Assembly: GCA_951406725.2 (NCBI GenBank)
Contig: OX597818.1
Location: forward strand, 74,710,001-74,774,000
Source: Octopus vulgaris
Taxonomy: Eukaryota
Direction of reading: 5' to 3'
Length of the DNA: 64,000 nucleotides
The position numbers were made by a program, and so were the translations under genes. A model generated the notes under the pieces. The model was not told the origin of the DNA and did no database searches. It saw only the letters and a program-made list of their open reading frames with translations. Positions 27,784-41,852 of the stretch are shown here, piece by piece; positions within the stretch are counted from its first letter, which is position 1; the number at the start of each line of letters is the position of its first letter.

Positions 27784-30305
27784 ATGTATATGTGTGTGTG
27801 TGCGTTTGCGTATGTGTGTATGAGTAGATGTATTATGCATGCATATATGTATAGATATTACATGTACATCTATATATATACATCTACACATGAAATACAA
27901 AATACAAAGTTATATCTTGATATCGCTAGTGATAACAATACTCAAAATATATAACAGACTGGAATTGTAGGCCCGTCTCTTGCAATTTCGATCAATTGGA
28001 TCTTGTCCTCCCTCTTGTATAGAAGTGTACGGCTGCAGCGAAATTCATTTTTGGACTTTCTTCTATCGAAGGCATTTTAGCAAAAATGTTTCCGTAAAGA
28101 CGGTGAAAATATTGTCAATTTCCCCAAACAGGGACACATTCAAGTTTTAAACAATAACCAAAGCCCCTTCTCCAAAAGGGGGAGGGTTTCGGTTTACAAA
28201 TATTTAACAAATGCAACACAACAACGTTTCCTTGACGAGGAACCAACAAACGTTATTACAATAATCAAACAGTAATAATAATAACAACAAACCTTTTTAA
28301 TTTATCCTCATTTATATGAAACCACTTATTCAAGTTCAAGTCATTGATGCAATTTTATACGAATTGCTAATACACACACACACATAATAAGGGTGAAAAA
28401 TTAAATATTAATTTGATTAATATGAATTGAAAACCAGTGATATAGCATATAGCGGATCTTCCTCTAGCAAAAAGGATGACCAGCATTAATGGCTCATCCC
28501 TGTTATATAAATACTTTCACTTTAATTGTTGCACACTTGCAAAGAGAAAGTATGAGAAAGTGTGGTGGTAATGGAAGGAGTGAAGCACTTTAAATGAGAG
28601 AGGGAAATCGTAAAATATTGAGTTTTCTCAATATTTATTAATTGGGGGTGAAATTGAAAAAACTTTACATGCCATGACCCAATGGAATCTACTTCGAAAA
28701 TTCATAGGTAATTCCCAATTGAAGAAATTCTATATTGTACAATTGTATAAAAACCGAACGATTTGAGAGGCAGAGAAAATCTGCCTTTTATCATAAGAGA
28801 TAAACTGATGAAATTGTATTTTGCTATTGACTGCTTTCGAATTGATTGACCTCATACTGACCAGGACACCTTTCATCATCTTAGACCAATCTTTATTCCT
28901 CCTTCCCCTCTCGTTCATATTCTTTCTCTAACTCTAACCTCAGTCTATCCTCTCTTAAACTGTTTCCTTTGCTAATATTCACAGAAATTAATTCCAATTA
29001 ACCATGAACTTATGTTGCAAAATGCAAACGACAATAAAAGAAAATAGCGATTTCTTCTTTTCCTCCTTCTCAGAAGGATCCGACAATAATTTCCGGAAAT
29101 GCTTCTCCTAACAGCATACGAAATATAACATCTTTTTAATTTACTGTTAAAAATTGTTTTTTTTTTAAACATAGATTCTTAACAACATAGATTACTTAGA
29201 TTATTGTATTTCGACTGCTATTTACAATTCATATATATACATTGTATGAATCTATATCATATATCACTCTATTCGCCATCATACCTGTCTTTCTGTGATA
29301 TTTCGGTTTTAGTTTTAACCCCTTTCTTCAGCGATTCATCCCATCTCTTGTTTACCTCTTTCTTAATAACACTACTTTTCGTTTATGATTATTTATTATA
29401 TTTCGTTTATCATTTTCCTGATTGTTTAATTCTCACCTTTTCTTCATTTACCTTATTCCTATTTTTCATTTGTATAATTTGGTTTTCTTTTTATGTTATT
29501 TTTCAGTTTAATTTCTCTCATCTTTTTAATATATTTTTATATTTGTCATTCCATTAAATATTCGAGTGATAATTCCTTGTAGATGCAAAGTACTTAAAAT
29601 GGATTTATGCGACATACACTTTGAATGTATATGTGCGTATGTGTGTGTGTACGTACATAGGCTTATATATATATGTGTGTATATATATATATATACGTAT
29701 GTATATATTATTAGTATATATGTCTGTGTCAGCGCGCGTATGTGTGCACATATATATGTATACCTGTATGTATGAATACGTTTGAGCGTGTATGTATATT
29801 TGAGTGTGTATGTATGTTACCATACAAATATATCGATATAGCGCTACCATACTGATGTATTCCTGTAATTAATATGCACTTATGCCGCACCATTTTCCGA
29901 CTATGGTGCCTCTCACAATATGTGCAAGACTTCATAATGTTAAATGCCTAAATTCATTCTCAACAGCAGTTTTCCTACTTTGCTCTGAAAAGCAAAAATA
30001 TACCTAACTTTATCCATAATGGTTTATATATATGTACACATATATACATATGTATACATATACATATATATACATATGTGCATATATCAATAATAATAAT
30101 GGGTAAAATTAATTAATTAATTAATAATTAATAATTTTCCCAAGTACTTCAGTATTTTAAAACAACCATTATCGGTAAACTTAAACAAAATTTTTATAAT
30201 TATGAGTATAACTATAATTAGGCTCCAGCAAAAAATTTGCTTCACCACATACCGAAATTTAGAAATAGCAGTTAAAACTAGCTATTTCTCTACCATAATT
30301 GATTC

Positions 30306-30390
30306 ACTGTAGACGCGTTTCGGAGTTAGATAGATGTCAAAAATGTAAAAACCACGTTTCCACTTTATCATTCTCACTCTTCAGTAGAGT
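30306..30390 (-). ncRNA. Putative type I hammerhead ribozyme (copy 1)
   Basis: Minus strand: actcta-CTGAAGA-g...long helix II...c-GAAA-cgcg-TC-tacagt. Palindromic helix III ACGCGT; one helix I mismatch. Confidence 0.7.
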
Positions 30391-30894
30391 AATTCAAGAT
30401 TTTAAATTTGAAAGCACTGTAAAAATTAAACATATTTATCTGATCAAGCGACATTAAACCACATATATCCAACAACCAGTACTTCCGAATTCAAACTGAC
30501 GAATGAGATCTCGTATTCCCCCTCAGTTACCCACGTGTACTAATGAGTAAAAACTCTACAGAAAAATGTATTTTACTAACAGGGAGAAATTTATTTTATC
30601 ACTAATAATAAAGGGTAAAAATAGTTAATTAAATTAATTAATAATTAATAATTTTACCAAGTAGTTCAGTATGTTAAAAGAACAATTATCGGTAAATTTA
30701 AACAAAAGTTTTTATAATTATGAGTATAATTATAATTAGGCTCCAGCAAAATATTTGCTTCACCACATACCGAAATTTAGAAATAGCAGTTAAAACTAGC
30801 TATTTCTCTACCATAAGAACATCTCCCAGGCAACAATACTCAACAACCCACGCAGGCAAAGGGAAAAAATAATGAATGCACCCGGCTTTGATTA

Positions 30895-30979
30895 ACTGTA
30901 GACGCGTTTCGGAGTTAGATAGATGTGAAAAATGTAAAGATCACATTTTCACTCTATCATTCTCTATCTTCAGTACAGT
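30895..30979 (-). ncRNA. Putative type I hammerhead ribozyme (copy 2)
   Basis: Minus strand: ACTGTA-CTGAAGA-...GATAGAGTGAAAATGT..ACATTTTTCACATCTATC...-GAAA-CGCG-TC-TACAGT. Perfect 6-bp helix I and a GUC cleavage triplet; the helix II closing pair is mismatched. Confidence 0.75.
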
Positions 30980-31290
30980 AATTCACGATTTAAAATTTGA
31001 GATTACTGTAAAAATTAAACTTACTTATTTGATCAAGCGACATCAGACAACATACATCCAAAAACCAGTACTTCCGAATTCAAACTGACGAATGAGATCT
31101 CGTATTCCCCCTCAGTTACCCACGTGTGCTAATGAGTAAAAATTTTGAGAGATTTTCTTATGGTAGAGAAATAACTAGCTTTAACTGCTATTTCTAAATT
31201 TCGGTATGTGGTGAAGTAAATTTTTTACTGAAGCCTAATTATAATTATACTCATAATTATAAAAATTTTATATATATATATATATATATT

Positions 31291-31473
31291 AAATATAGGA
31301 TAAAATCCTTATAAGAATTTATCACGTAGCGTGAAAAACCTCATAAGGGAAAAAATTAATTATTCCCTTTAAATATGTTTATTTATATTAAGGGAATAAT
31401 TAAAATATTTTCCCTTATGAGGTTTTTCACGCTAACTACTTGATAAATTCTTATAAAGATTTTGTCCTATTTT
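31291..31473. repeat. Fold-back inverted repeat (~80-bp arms) between microsatellites
   Basis: TAGCGTGAAAAACCTCATAAGGGAAAA / TTTTCCCTTATGAGGTTTTTCACGCTA and flanking matches. Confidence 0.92.
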
Positions 31474-31576
31474 AAAATTTTACATATATATACACACACA
31501 CACACACACATATATATATAGGGAGATGTACTCGTATAGCAAGTAATTTGATCTGAGATCGTGTGCTGAAACGAAA

Positions 31577-31862
31577 ACAATTGCAGCGTGGAAGGTGTTT
31601 GTAAGCCATTTAAGAAACACACAAAAGCCGTTCGATTCACTTCAACATTTAAGTTTAATTTGTCAAAATATTTCCGTCGCTAAAATCCGCGACCTGTTCA
31701 CTGACAAAAATCTGTGCTGCATCACGGATTTTTATCAGTGAACAGGTCGCGGATTTTAGCGACGAAAATATTTTGACAAATTAAATTTAAATGTTGAAGT
31801 GAATCGAACGGCTTTTGTGTGTTTCTTAAATGGCTTACAAACACCTTCCACGCTGCAATTGT
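31577..31862. repeat. Near-perfect palindrome (140-bp arms, 6-nt loop) ending at (TA)n
   Basis: 31577-31716 is the reverse complement of 31723-31862, with about 4 mismatches counted by eye. Confidence 0.97.
31731..31780 (+). ncRNA. Putative variant hammerhead (G3-C8 core)
   Basis: ttt(a/g)tca-GTGAACA-g-gtcgc[ggatttta]gcgac-GAAA-atat-TT-tgacaaa. Confidence 0.5.
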
Positions 31863-31879
31863 ATATATATATATATATA

Positions 31880-32100
31880 TTTCTTTACTACCCACAAGGG
31901 GCTAAACACAGAGTGGACAAACAAGGACAGACAAACGGATTAAGTCGATCCCAGTGCGTAACTGGTACTTAATGTATCGACCCCGAAAGGATGAAAGGCA
32001 AAGTCGACCTCGACGGAATTTGAACTCAGAACGTAACGGCAGACGAAATACGGCTACGCATTTCGCCCGGCGTGCTAACGTTTCTGCCAGCTCACCGCCT
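31880..32100 (-). mobile_element. tRNA-derived SINE family C, well preserved
   Basis: GGCGGTGAGCTGGCAGAAACGTTAGC head, GAGTTCAAATTCC B box, GCCTTTCATCCTTTCGGGGTCGATA core, tail GGGTAGTAAAGAAATA. Confidence 0.9.
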
Positions 32101-32112
32101 AATATATATATG

Positions 32113-32170
<58 letters not shown>

Positions 32171-32177
32171 TATATAC

Positions 32178-32212
<35 letters not shown>

Positions 32213-33426
32213 AAACTGTGTAACATTGATAACTCGATGAAATTTTGAATTTTCACAAGAAAACAAGGACATTAACTTGTTTAATGCCATATGTGACAAG
32301 CTGTACCTATTCAAAGGTATTGTATGTGTGCTTGTGTGTATGTGAATGTTTGTGTGTCAGTGTGTGTGTGTATGTGTATGCGAGTGTGTGGGGGATGATT
32401 ATATGCGTGTGCGTAAGAAAGAAAAAGAGAGAGAAAGATATGAAAGAAAGAAAGAGAGAAAGAAAGAAAGAAAGAAAGAAAAAAAGAAAGAAAGAAAGAG
32501 AAAAAGAAAGAAAGTTTTAATGATCGAAGAAAGGAAAAGACAGAGGCAGTAAGTCAATGATTTCAGCAAAGCTATGGGCAACGATGCTACAATCCAAAAG
32601 TAGCCTCAATTATGTACTATTTATAAATAGATAGTGTTGCATAGCTACTTGTCGAGAAAGCAACCTAAGTTTTATCTCCTCCACATTTTTGATAGGGCAC
32701 TCAGAAGCAAAGTGATCGATGGATATTCCCATGTGTCATATTGTAACATCCTTCATAGGCTTTTCTTTGTATTCATTCTACCATCGTGTGTGATGGTGGT
32801 GATGCAAGTTTTATTCTTTAGAATTATTCTTCAATTTCATAATTTTGCAATGAATTTACGGATAATTACTTTTTTCTTTAATTTTGTCAGGAGAATGGGA
32901 GATTACTGTTTCAAAGTTGCTTTACGATCTTGAAAATTAAAGTATAGTTGCACACGGTATCCATTGTAAAATATTCCGTTCTATCGTCGATATCTAATTT
33001 TGATATGATTTTCTATTCTTAGATGTTTAGCAGACTGTTTTGCAGTCCATGCTCAAGTAGTTGGTAAGAGAATTATCCCGTGACATTAGAATGTCTTCTG
33101 GGCATGGATGGATATTTAGCCTGAATTTTCAAAGTCACGGAAGGCAGTCTGTTTAAGAAGCCATTATTTCTTTACGTGAATTTTATAATTTCAATATTAC
33201 ATATAGTAATGGTTGTAACAATGTTTTGGTAGTGGGCATTTCTTGAACAGAGATCGATATTCGCTGCCATTATTTCGATACCTGCCATATTTTCTGAAAC
33301 ATTATGAACGACACTGTATTATTCTAAAAACATTGCCCATCATCTGTTACAATAATTTTCATAAATTCAACTAGATATTGCCATTACTTTTTACGTCAAA
33401 ATGTCAAACTGCTGTTTCAATATTTT

Positions 33427-34181
<755 letters not shown>

Positions 34182-34719
34182 GTACTTACATTTCAGGTAA
34201 TATTGCGTCGATTAGAGTAAGATGAAAGATGAATACAATTATTGCTCATGTTGACTTGCCACCTAATTGAAGTGTTTCAAACGATCTGGTGTGTATGTCT
34301 TAGAATAAAAGTATAAACCAACAAACTACTGGTATCATATTAGATTGTGAACTGTAATGTACTCTCTGCAGGTCTATTCTCGAAACAGGTGATAGTAACT
34401 AACGGCATATCTTTTCCTTTTTTGAACCGGTTTTGGCTTATACCGACTATAACAAGATTTGCCTATCTAATATCAATAATTTACAGTTATATATATTTTC
34501 AGAGATAATAGCAGCATATATTACAGCCATTATGAGCATTCCCCAACTAACTTTGTATGTATCACCTCTTGTCTAAACTCTAGTAACCTTCAACTTTACC
34601 CAAATAAATGGCATGACCTGACCTGATAGAAGTTGTTCCTCTGTTCCGGCCTCATCATGACCTGGTGGGGGTACAGAAAACTTAAGTAATCCTTAGCAGA
34701 ACAGTCCACAACTCTTTTA

Positions 34720-35800
34720 TTTTACAGTGGGTGTGTAGATGGCATTAATATCATAATTAAGACCAACTCTAGTAACTGTAATGTAGAAACTGAGAGGAAC
34801 ATAATGGAGAGTATCCAGCAAGTATCTAACTCTATCCACCGAAGCATCAAGGTAACTATAGATTGCCCCACTACGCATGCCAGCATCTTGCTGGCATTTA
34901 GAGACTGTGAAAAATAGAGTGCAGCTCCTACACTCCTATTACATGAAACCCATAACTTCGAAATATGTTGTTTACGAGAACTCAGCTTTGTCACACAACA
35001 TGAAAATTAACATACTGATAGCAGACATAGTTAGAATATTGAACAACGTGTACCTACTAGGCAAACCCTATAAAACAAAGAAACGTATAGAACTTCATGC
35101 ACCGCATGCAGTTCTCTGGATATGATCAGAAAGATAGGGTTCATGTATACTGGGGTGCTAGAAACAAGTTACCATTATATGTAATGATACCAGTGGTACC
35201 TGCCCTAGATACAGATACAAAGTGCTTGTGACAAAGCAAACAGGGTGAACACGTGAAATGAAACCGACAAATATCAAGGACTGATGTTTGTATAGGCCAG
35301 AGCCCATGGAGAAATAGCCCCTAGATTTAGGAAAACTCTGAAGGAGGCCAAACTCAGCATTGAGATTGCCGAAAAGCCTGGGAATTCCATCAGATCACAA
35401 CTGTGTAGGACGTACTCCCTTGAGAATACTATATGTACCGATGATAACTGCATGGTAATTAGGATTAGCCCTTGCATTTACTGTAGAACTAGAAATGTAC
35501 TCTACAGCATAAGATCCATAGAAGGTACTTGTAAAGATATGAACATGACATAGGGGAGACATCTAGGAGCATTGCGGAAAGACTAAATGATATTTGAGAC
35601 AATATGACGACAAAAACGCAGTCCTCCATACTCTACCAATATGCCAAGGACCAACATGGATGCAACCTGACTCAACTTGACATCCGCATTCTATCGAAGG
35701 ACCCAAAGGACGCAACACTCAAACAAATACGGAAGTACGTCTTCACAAATGAAACATCCCCAGTACCAAATAGGAAATACACGCAGTGGATAATCACACA
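34720..35800 (+). mobile_element. Decayed Penelope-like element (RT thumb + GIY-YIG)
   Basis: YYMKPITSKYVVYENSAL..MKINILIADIVRIL, then CRTRNVLYSI..., GETSRSIAERLN and SILYQYAKDQH. Confidence 0.75.
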
Positions 35801-35832
35801 CTCATACCCACAGATTATATTTATAAACAGGT

Positions 35833-36167
35833 TGTGAGGGCGCGTGGCTTGGTGGTTAGGGCATTCGGCTCATGATCGTAAGGTTGTGAGTTCGATTCCC
35901 GGCGACGCGTTGTGTCCTTGAGCAAGACACTTTATTTCACGTTGCTCCAGTCCACTCAGCTGGCAAAAATGAGTTGTACTTGTATTTCAAAGGGTCAGCC
36001 TTGTCACTCTCTGTGTCACGCTGATTATCCCCGAGAACTACGTTAAGGGTACACATGTCTGTGGAATGCTCAGCCATTTGCACGTTAATTTCATGAGCAA
36101 GCTGTTTCGTTGATCGTATCAGCTGGGACCCTCGTCGTCGTAACCGGCGGAGTCTTTAAGTCTTTAA
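35833..36167 (+). mobile_element. tRNA-derived SINE (family A') with 10-bp TSD
   Basis: Head GCGCGTGGCTTGGTGGTTAGGGC...GAGTTCGATTCCC, then TGTGTCCTTGAGCAAGACACTT, tail (AGTCTTTA)2. TSD ATAAACAGGT at 35823-35832 and 36168-36177. Confidence 0.93.
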
Positions 36168-36929
36168 ATAAACAGGTAGAATATTTAGTGGGCTGTTATG
36201 TAGATAGGTGTATCTAAGTGTGTGTGTATATATATATATGTGTATGTGTATATGCACATGTTTGTAGGTATATGGATATGAAAGGAAACAGATAGACATA
36301 CATACGGATAGGTACATAGGTTATATGAACAGACAAGCACACATTCACACACAAATACACAATTGAAGACTGAAACACATGACCATATACACACACTTCA
36401 CGTTACACAAAGACACATATGGGGACATACGTTCACACATATGTAGATACCTATCCATACACACAGACACAGTACATAGTCACAAAAGCCAATACGCACA
36501 CAGACACACTCAGACATACACACACAAGGAGACAGAGGTGTACACACACACTCATGCAAACACACACACATTAAAACACACAAACATGAACACACAAACA
36601 CGTGAATATGCAGAATATATACATACAAACATACACAAATATATATGTACATACGCACACACACATACATGCATACATTCATACATGTGTATACACACAT
36701 ACACTGACCCACACACATGCACACAAGAAAACAAAAAGAACGTAGTTTGAATAACCAACAGAGTCAACAACTATTGAAAAGGTTCCACGATGCAGCGAAA
36801 ATTTTAGAAAAATAAATAAGTAAATGAGTGGAAATTTTACCGGTGAGTGTGGTAATGCACGAAAAGAGAATGACTCTCCCCAGACACAACCGTATGTGTG
36901 TGTATGTGTGTGTGTGTTGTGTGTGCGTG

Positions 36930-37128
36930 TGAATGTATTTCTCCCCGCTTCCACTGCCTGATATTCGATTCTGGTTTGTTTATGTCCCCATAAACTGGTT
37001 TTTCGGCCAAAAAACCGATAGAATATGTACTAAGCTTACAAAGTTCTGGGGACGATTTCTTCAACTAAAACTCTTTAAGGCGGTGCTCCAGCATGGCTGC
37101 AGTCAAATGATTGCACCAAGTAAAAGTA
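36930..37128 (+). mobile_element. SINE family B, 3' half
   Basis: AAGGCGGTGCTCCAGCATGGCTGCAGTCAAATGA...CAAGTAAAAG. Confidence 0.8.
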
Positions 37129-38918
37129 TTATATATACATACACGCGCGCACAAACAAACACGTATTATATTTACATGGAACATGAAATTACAGAATACT
37201 AAAAAGAAAGTACAATATTTTTTTAAACACGACAGCTGTTTCGGAAATCTCGGATTTCTCTACTAATCTTAATTCGCAGATAATGTGGAGAAGAGGCACT
37301 GCTATCTCTAGCGGTCGAGCGTTTGTCATTGATGCAACCAAGGAAGATCGAAATTATGCGACAGCGTGGTTTCGGCGCTGGAGATGGCGGAAATTCATCT
37401 ACCCACTATCGATATGAACAAGAGTGCAATTTGCACCAAAGGCTAATATGTGAGTTTCTCCTATGTTATCTACCGCTGCATAGTTTGTTCTAACAGAACA
37501 TCCACTGTTAATCGGGGACAAATATTACATTTCAGTATTAATATTGCCTCTATCGCTAATATGTATTTTTTAAAATCAAACTATACTATACATCTGCCAT
37601 CACAAGAATAAACTACAGATTTCATATAATATATGGACAGTAAGTGAACGGAAGAGTGAGGATTGGGAAACTAGAAGATTATTACATTCCGATTCTTTCA
37701 TACTAAGCTGATATCATTACTCTATACATATTATCCATAAAAAAAAGTATAGAGTTTAAATGTTTAAATGTGAATAGCGAATTATTACATCGTAACTACA
37801 GTGACTCGGGAATAATACTTACATCCGAGCAACTGTAGTCTGATTTGTATAATATGACAGCATGAGTCTGGATATAAAAGGAAACAATAAAGTACAAACT
37901 AGACGCTAAGTAGACTAGCGATCAATGTTTAGATAAGATCAAAGCAATAGAGAAACTTTTAAAATAACAAAAGATAAATCCAAAACGGAAATTCAGAAAC
38001 TACTAAAATAAAATGGAGATAATGTCCTCGTCATGGTCAATATCCTACAGACCGTCACAGAGAGGAAATGAAACACCATTAAAGCTAACAAAGGTTCAAA
38101 CACTCTGGACTAAAGGCAAAAACACATCACATTTTAACTACACAGCGTTAATGATTACCTACAATTTGTAACAAAATAAAATAATAAATCTAGTAACTAC
38201 CACCATCTAAAGACTAGGCAATCAGTATTAAAGAACAGTTGGTTATTTCTGCTTGATCAGTCGTCACAAAGATATAATATATCCATAAATACAACAGTGT
38301 TTGTAGTGATATCTACTAGACAGCTAGGGAAATTGAAGTATATGATGTAAGCACACACCAAACCCATTATATAAGAATGGTATTGGTATTGTATTCTAGG
38401 ACGCCATTGACCAGGGTGTTAATAATACAGAATAGCTAAGTTGAGATATAATTAAAAACTGAAATGAAAATTTGTAGGAAGTGGCAGCTATTTTAATCTC
38501 ATCCCACCAAACCATCATGTAAAAATCTAATAACAGAAATCAGGAAAAGAATATAAACAGTACCTGCAATAAGAGAGCAAATTATTAATAATACTATGTA
38601 TTTGGTATAGTAAATGGAACATACACTAAAAGAGAAATTTCCCATCAATACTGACAACGTCAAATTAGTTCTAAATGTTCAGAATTTATATAAAAGTTAT
38701 TCCCAGCAATACATTTCACACAATTGTGCAATCAAGTCTTAATATTGATTTCAAATCTTTGCTATAATGCTAGCAATTTCCGAGGACAGCGCAAGTAGAG
38801 TACACCGACACTACTGCTTTACTGGTGCTTATTTTATCGACTCCAAGTGGATGAACGGCAAAGTGGACCTCGGTAGAATCAACTCCTAATTTTAGAAACA
38901 TATTTATAACACGGTTTA

Positions 38919-38965
<47 letters not shown>

Positions 38966-41788
38966 CCGCAAGTATAAAGATGTTCTCGTAGCAGTCATGC
39001 ATTTCCGGTTTTGATCCACATGCACAATATCATGTGCCTTCTACGGAAACTTAATTAAAAATAGGTTAGTGTGGAAGCGAGGGAGGTGGAGTTCTCCACA
39101 CATATTTGTGACTCCTCCCGGTTTCCTTCGAGTTACGCCCGGTAGTGTTCAGAAAGTATCGATTTCTCTGATTTAATCTTGTTTCTGCTGTTGTCTTTGC
39201 TCATATTTCTCCCCGTTTCTTTTGTCTCTATTTTACTAATCCCTCTAAACTGCACATTCATTGTTAGCTTTCCTTCTCCCACATCCAACTACTACTCCGA
39301 AAAGCGCTGTGTTCTTTGTGTGTCAGGTCTTTGTGTTGCTGAGGACATATAAAAGTATGTTTCATTTTTGAGTAACTTATGTGTGTTATCTTTCATTCTT
39401 TCCTCGACGAAATTATCAAGCAAAGAGGCCGTAAGTTTGTGACTATTTTTTTCTTCACGAATAAGTTCCTTTATTGGCTCTGAATGACACAAGGGAGTGT
39501 ACACTTGACAGTTTATGCTGCTCAAAATGTCGCTTCATTCAACTCCCATTGTCTTAGTGATAGATGCATAGATGCATTCAAGAGTATAGCCCGATTTCTG
39601 ACTCATAATAAAATATCTGCAGAATAGGTAGTAACTCCTTCAATGCCTCAACTACCCTAAGGCTAAAAAGTAAAATTTCTCTTACTTTTTCTTCGTTCTG
39701 GGAGTTGAAAGAAGTTTATTAGTTGTTCTCTCATATTTGTTGCCTTCCTTGTTTAAATTCTATCGGTGTTTTTTCTGTTAATATTCTCACAAGGGTATCC
39801 GTTTACTGATTAATTTCTTTCAGTGTATTTCCCAGTGTTAACATGCATGTTCATAATTGGGTCTATTTGTTCAATTGTCATTATTTTATCTCATTTCTGC
39901 TCGTCTTTAAAAGCTGAATTTCTGTTTAAATGGTTTCCTTATTTATAATTTTTCGCGTAGTATACTTTGGTGTTGCGTTTGTGGCTAACAGCACCTAACC
40001 ACTACTCTAGAAGGTGTATTAATTTTATGAGATACAAAAACTGGATGAAAGTAAAACAATTATTCTCCTGCTTCAAGCAAAACGAAGTGAACAAATAAAC
40101 GTTTCGAAGTCCCTTGTTAAAAAAAATATGAAACCAAAATCTATTCCATGACATTAAATGGGAAAAAATAAATATCCATGAATTGAGTTGTATATTCCAC
40201 TTTTGCACACCACAAAAAACAGTCCCTACCATCCAAAGAATAATATGGATTTCTTTTATTGGCCTGAAAGTCACACGACATTGATGACATTATCAGGGGC
40301 CGAAATACAACATACAATAGGTGAGTTAACATTGATCAAACGGAGGTCAACAACATTAAAGTTACGACAAATTATATCAAAAGTAAACCAAAATATTTTA
40401 ACGTTGAAACTCAAAGTAGATAAAGCCATAAGCAATGGTAAGCACATCTGTCATAATCAAAGAAGCTGTGGGTTCGCGTCCCACTGGCAATCTTCGATAT
40501 TTTTCATCCAATGGAATTTTTAATCCAATACTCAACGCGCTTTTTTTCAGAGCTTTTACTTCAAGTTCGTTCGTTACAAATAATTTCCTTTATATTTGTC
40601 AACGTCTCTAAATTATCATCTTACAATTTACTGTGTTAAGAACAGGTCTTCTACAATGGATTGCGAGAAATCGAAGAGAATGTTTGGTACAATATTTTGC
40701 ATTTCTCTCATGTTTTAAGAAGATATGGGTTCCATTCCCAAATGTAAAATTCAAATTTTTAATGCGATATTCTACATGATATTATTTATAGTTTTATCTG
40801 CATCGAGTTCTATCCTTAACAAGAATCTGTTTCATATTTCCCGAAGTTTATAAATTCTTACAAATCAAAATATTATTTCTAAAAATGTGAGAAATCCTAC
40901 CCACATGTTTTCTTCTAGTTTTCTGGTACATGATTAGTCCTCATATTGGAATGTTCTATAAACTAGGTGGATATGTAGATAAATCTATTTTCTATCACCC
41001 ATTTCCAATATCCTTCCTTTCTGCACTTCGTAGTCCGCATCATCGACGGAGTTCTGCAGCAAGCTGTTTGTAGTTGTGCGGAAAAAGATCGAGATCGTGA
41101 CATTATGGACTTTAATGTTATTATTGCTGTTAATGCTAGAAGATAAGGCTCATGTAGTAGTAGTAGGAGGAGGAGGAGGAGGAGGAGGAGGTTGAGGATA
41201 AGGGTAAAAGGTGCAGGAAAAGGAGGAGGAGGAGGAAAAGGAGGAGGAGGAGGAAAAGGAGGTGATATATTGGCAGCAGTGAGAGTATTATAATGTATCT
41301 GTTGCTGGTATTGATGTTTTGCTAATAATCACCAGATTATATTTTCTTGCTTTTGTGGTGACGGAGGCGGGCATAGAGATGGTATTATTATAACATCTGT
41401 TGTTGATTTTGGTGCTGCTAATGGTATTCACATTCATACTAGACGTATTGTTGGCATCATTGTCATCAACTGTGCTGATAGAAGAAGTTGACGTTAGTCA
41501 TGGCTTCGACACTGATGTTTCAGCCATTGTTTATATTAGGAGTCAGACAAATTTAACATTTCATTGTGTTCGCGAGGCTTCTTTTCTTTTGCGGTAAAGG
41601 TTTTTCACTCCTACTTCCTCTGCATCTCTCTTGTTTCCTGGATCAACTGCAACTGTGGAACCATCCTTTCCATCACCGTTTCGAGTAATTCGCTATCTTC
41701 ATAAATGATTTATAATATGGTAGAAAATATATCTACCTCAAACAAGCATTTTTATTTTCGACCCTGCCGTTCATATTCATGCCCAGTG

Positions 41789-41852
<64 letters not shown>

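Larger units (their letters stand above)
30089..31270 (-). mobile_element. Non-coding Penelope-type pLTR / retrozyme-like array: two direct units plus an inverted partial unit
   Basis: Unit 1 (~30089-30603) and unit 2 (~30604-31142) are direct repeats, and unit 2 has ~70 extra nt. 31158-31268 is an inverted copy of ~30708-30816. The array is flanked by (TA)-rich microsatellite, and each unit has a hammerhead motif. Confidence 0.8.

Noticed and set aside
28560-28801. Possible Helitron 5' end (A|TCTCTTATGATAAAAGGCAG on the minus strand)
   Set aside because: It cannot be paired confidently with a 3' end.
28804-28860. CTGATGA as a hammerhead core (also 6544 minus, 30496, 42051, 63262 minus)
   Set aside because: No correctly placed GAAA/UH or closing helices.
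37225-37290. Minus-strand GAAACAGCTGTC with an adjacent hairpin
   Set aside because: Only the 3' half of a hammerhead; no credible core or helix I, so counted only as a partial remnant.
37900-38720. A-rich stretch that may be a very old Penelope RT
   Set aside because: Motifs are too degraded to support a call.
41560-41700. Open minus-strand frame RITRNGDGKDG...
   Set aside because: Short, with no clear splice signals or homology recognised.
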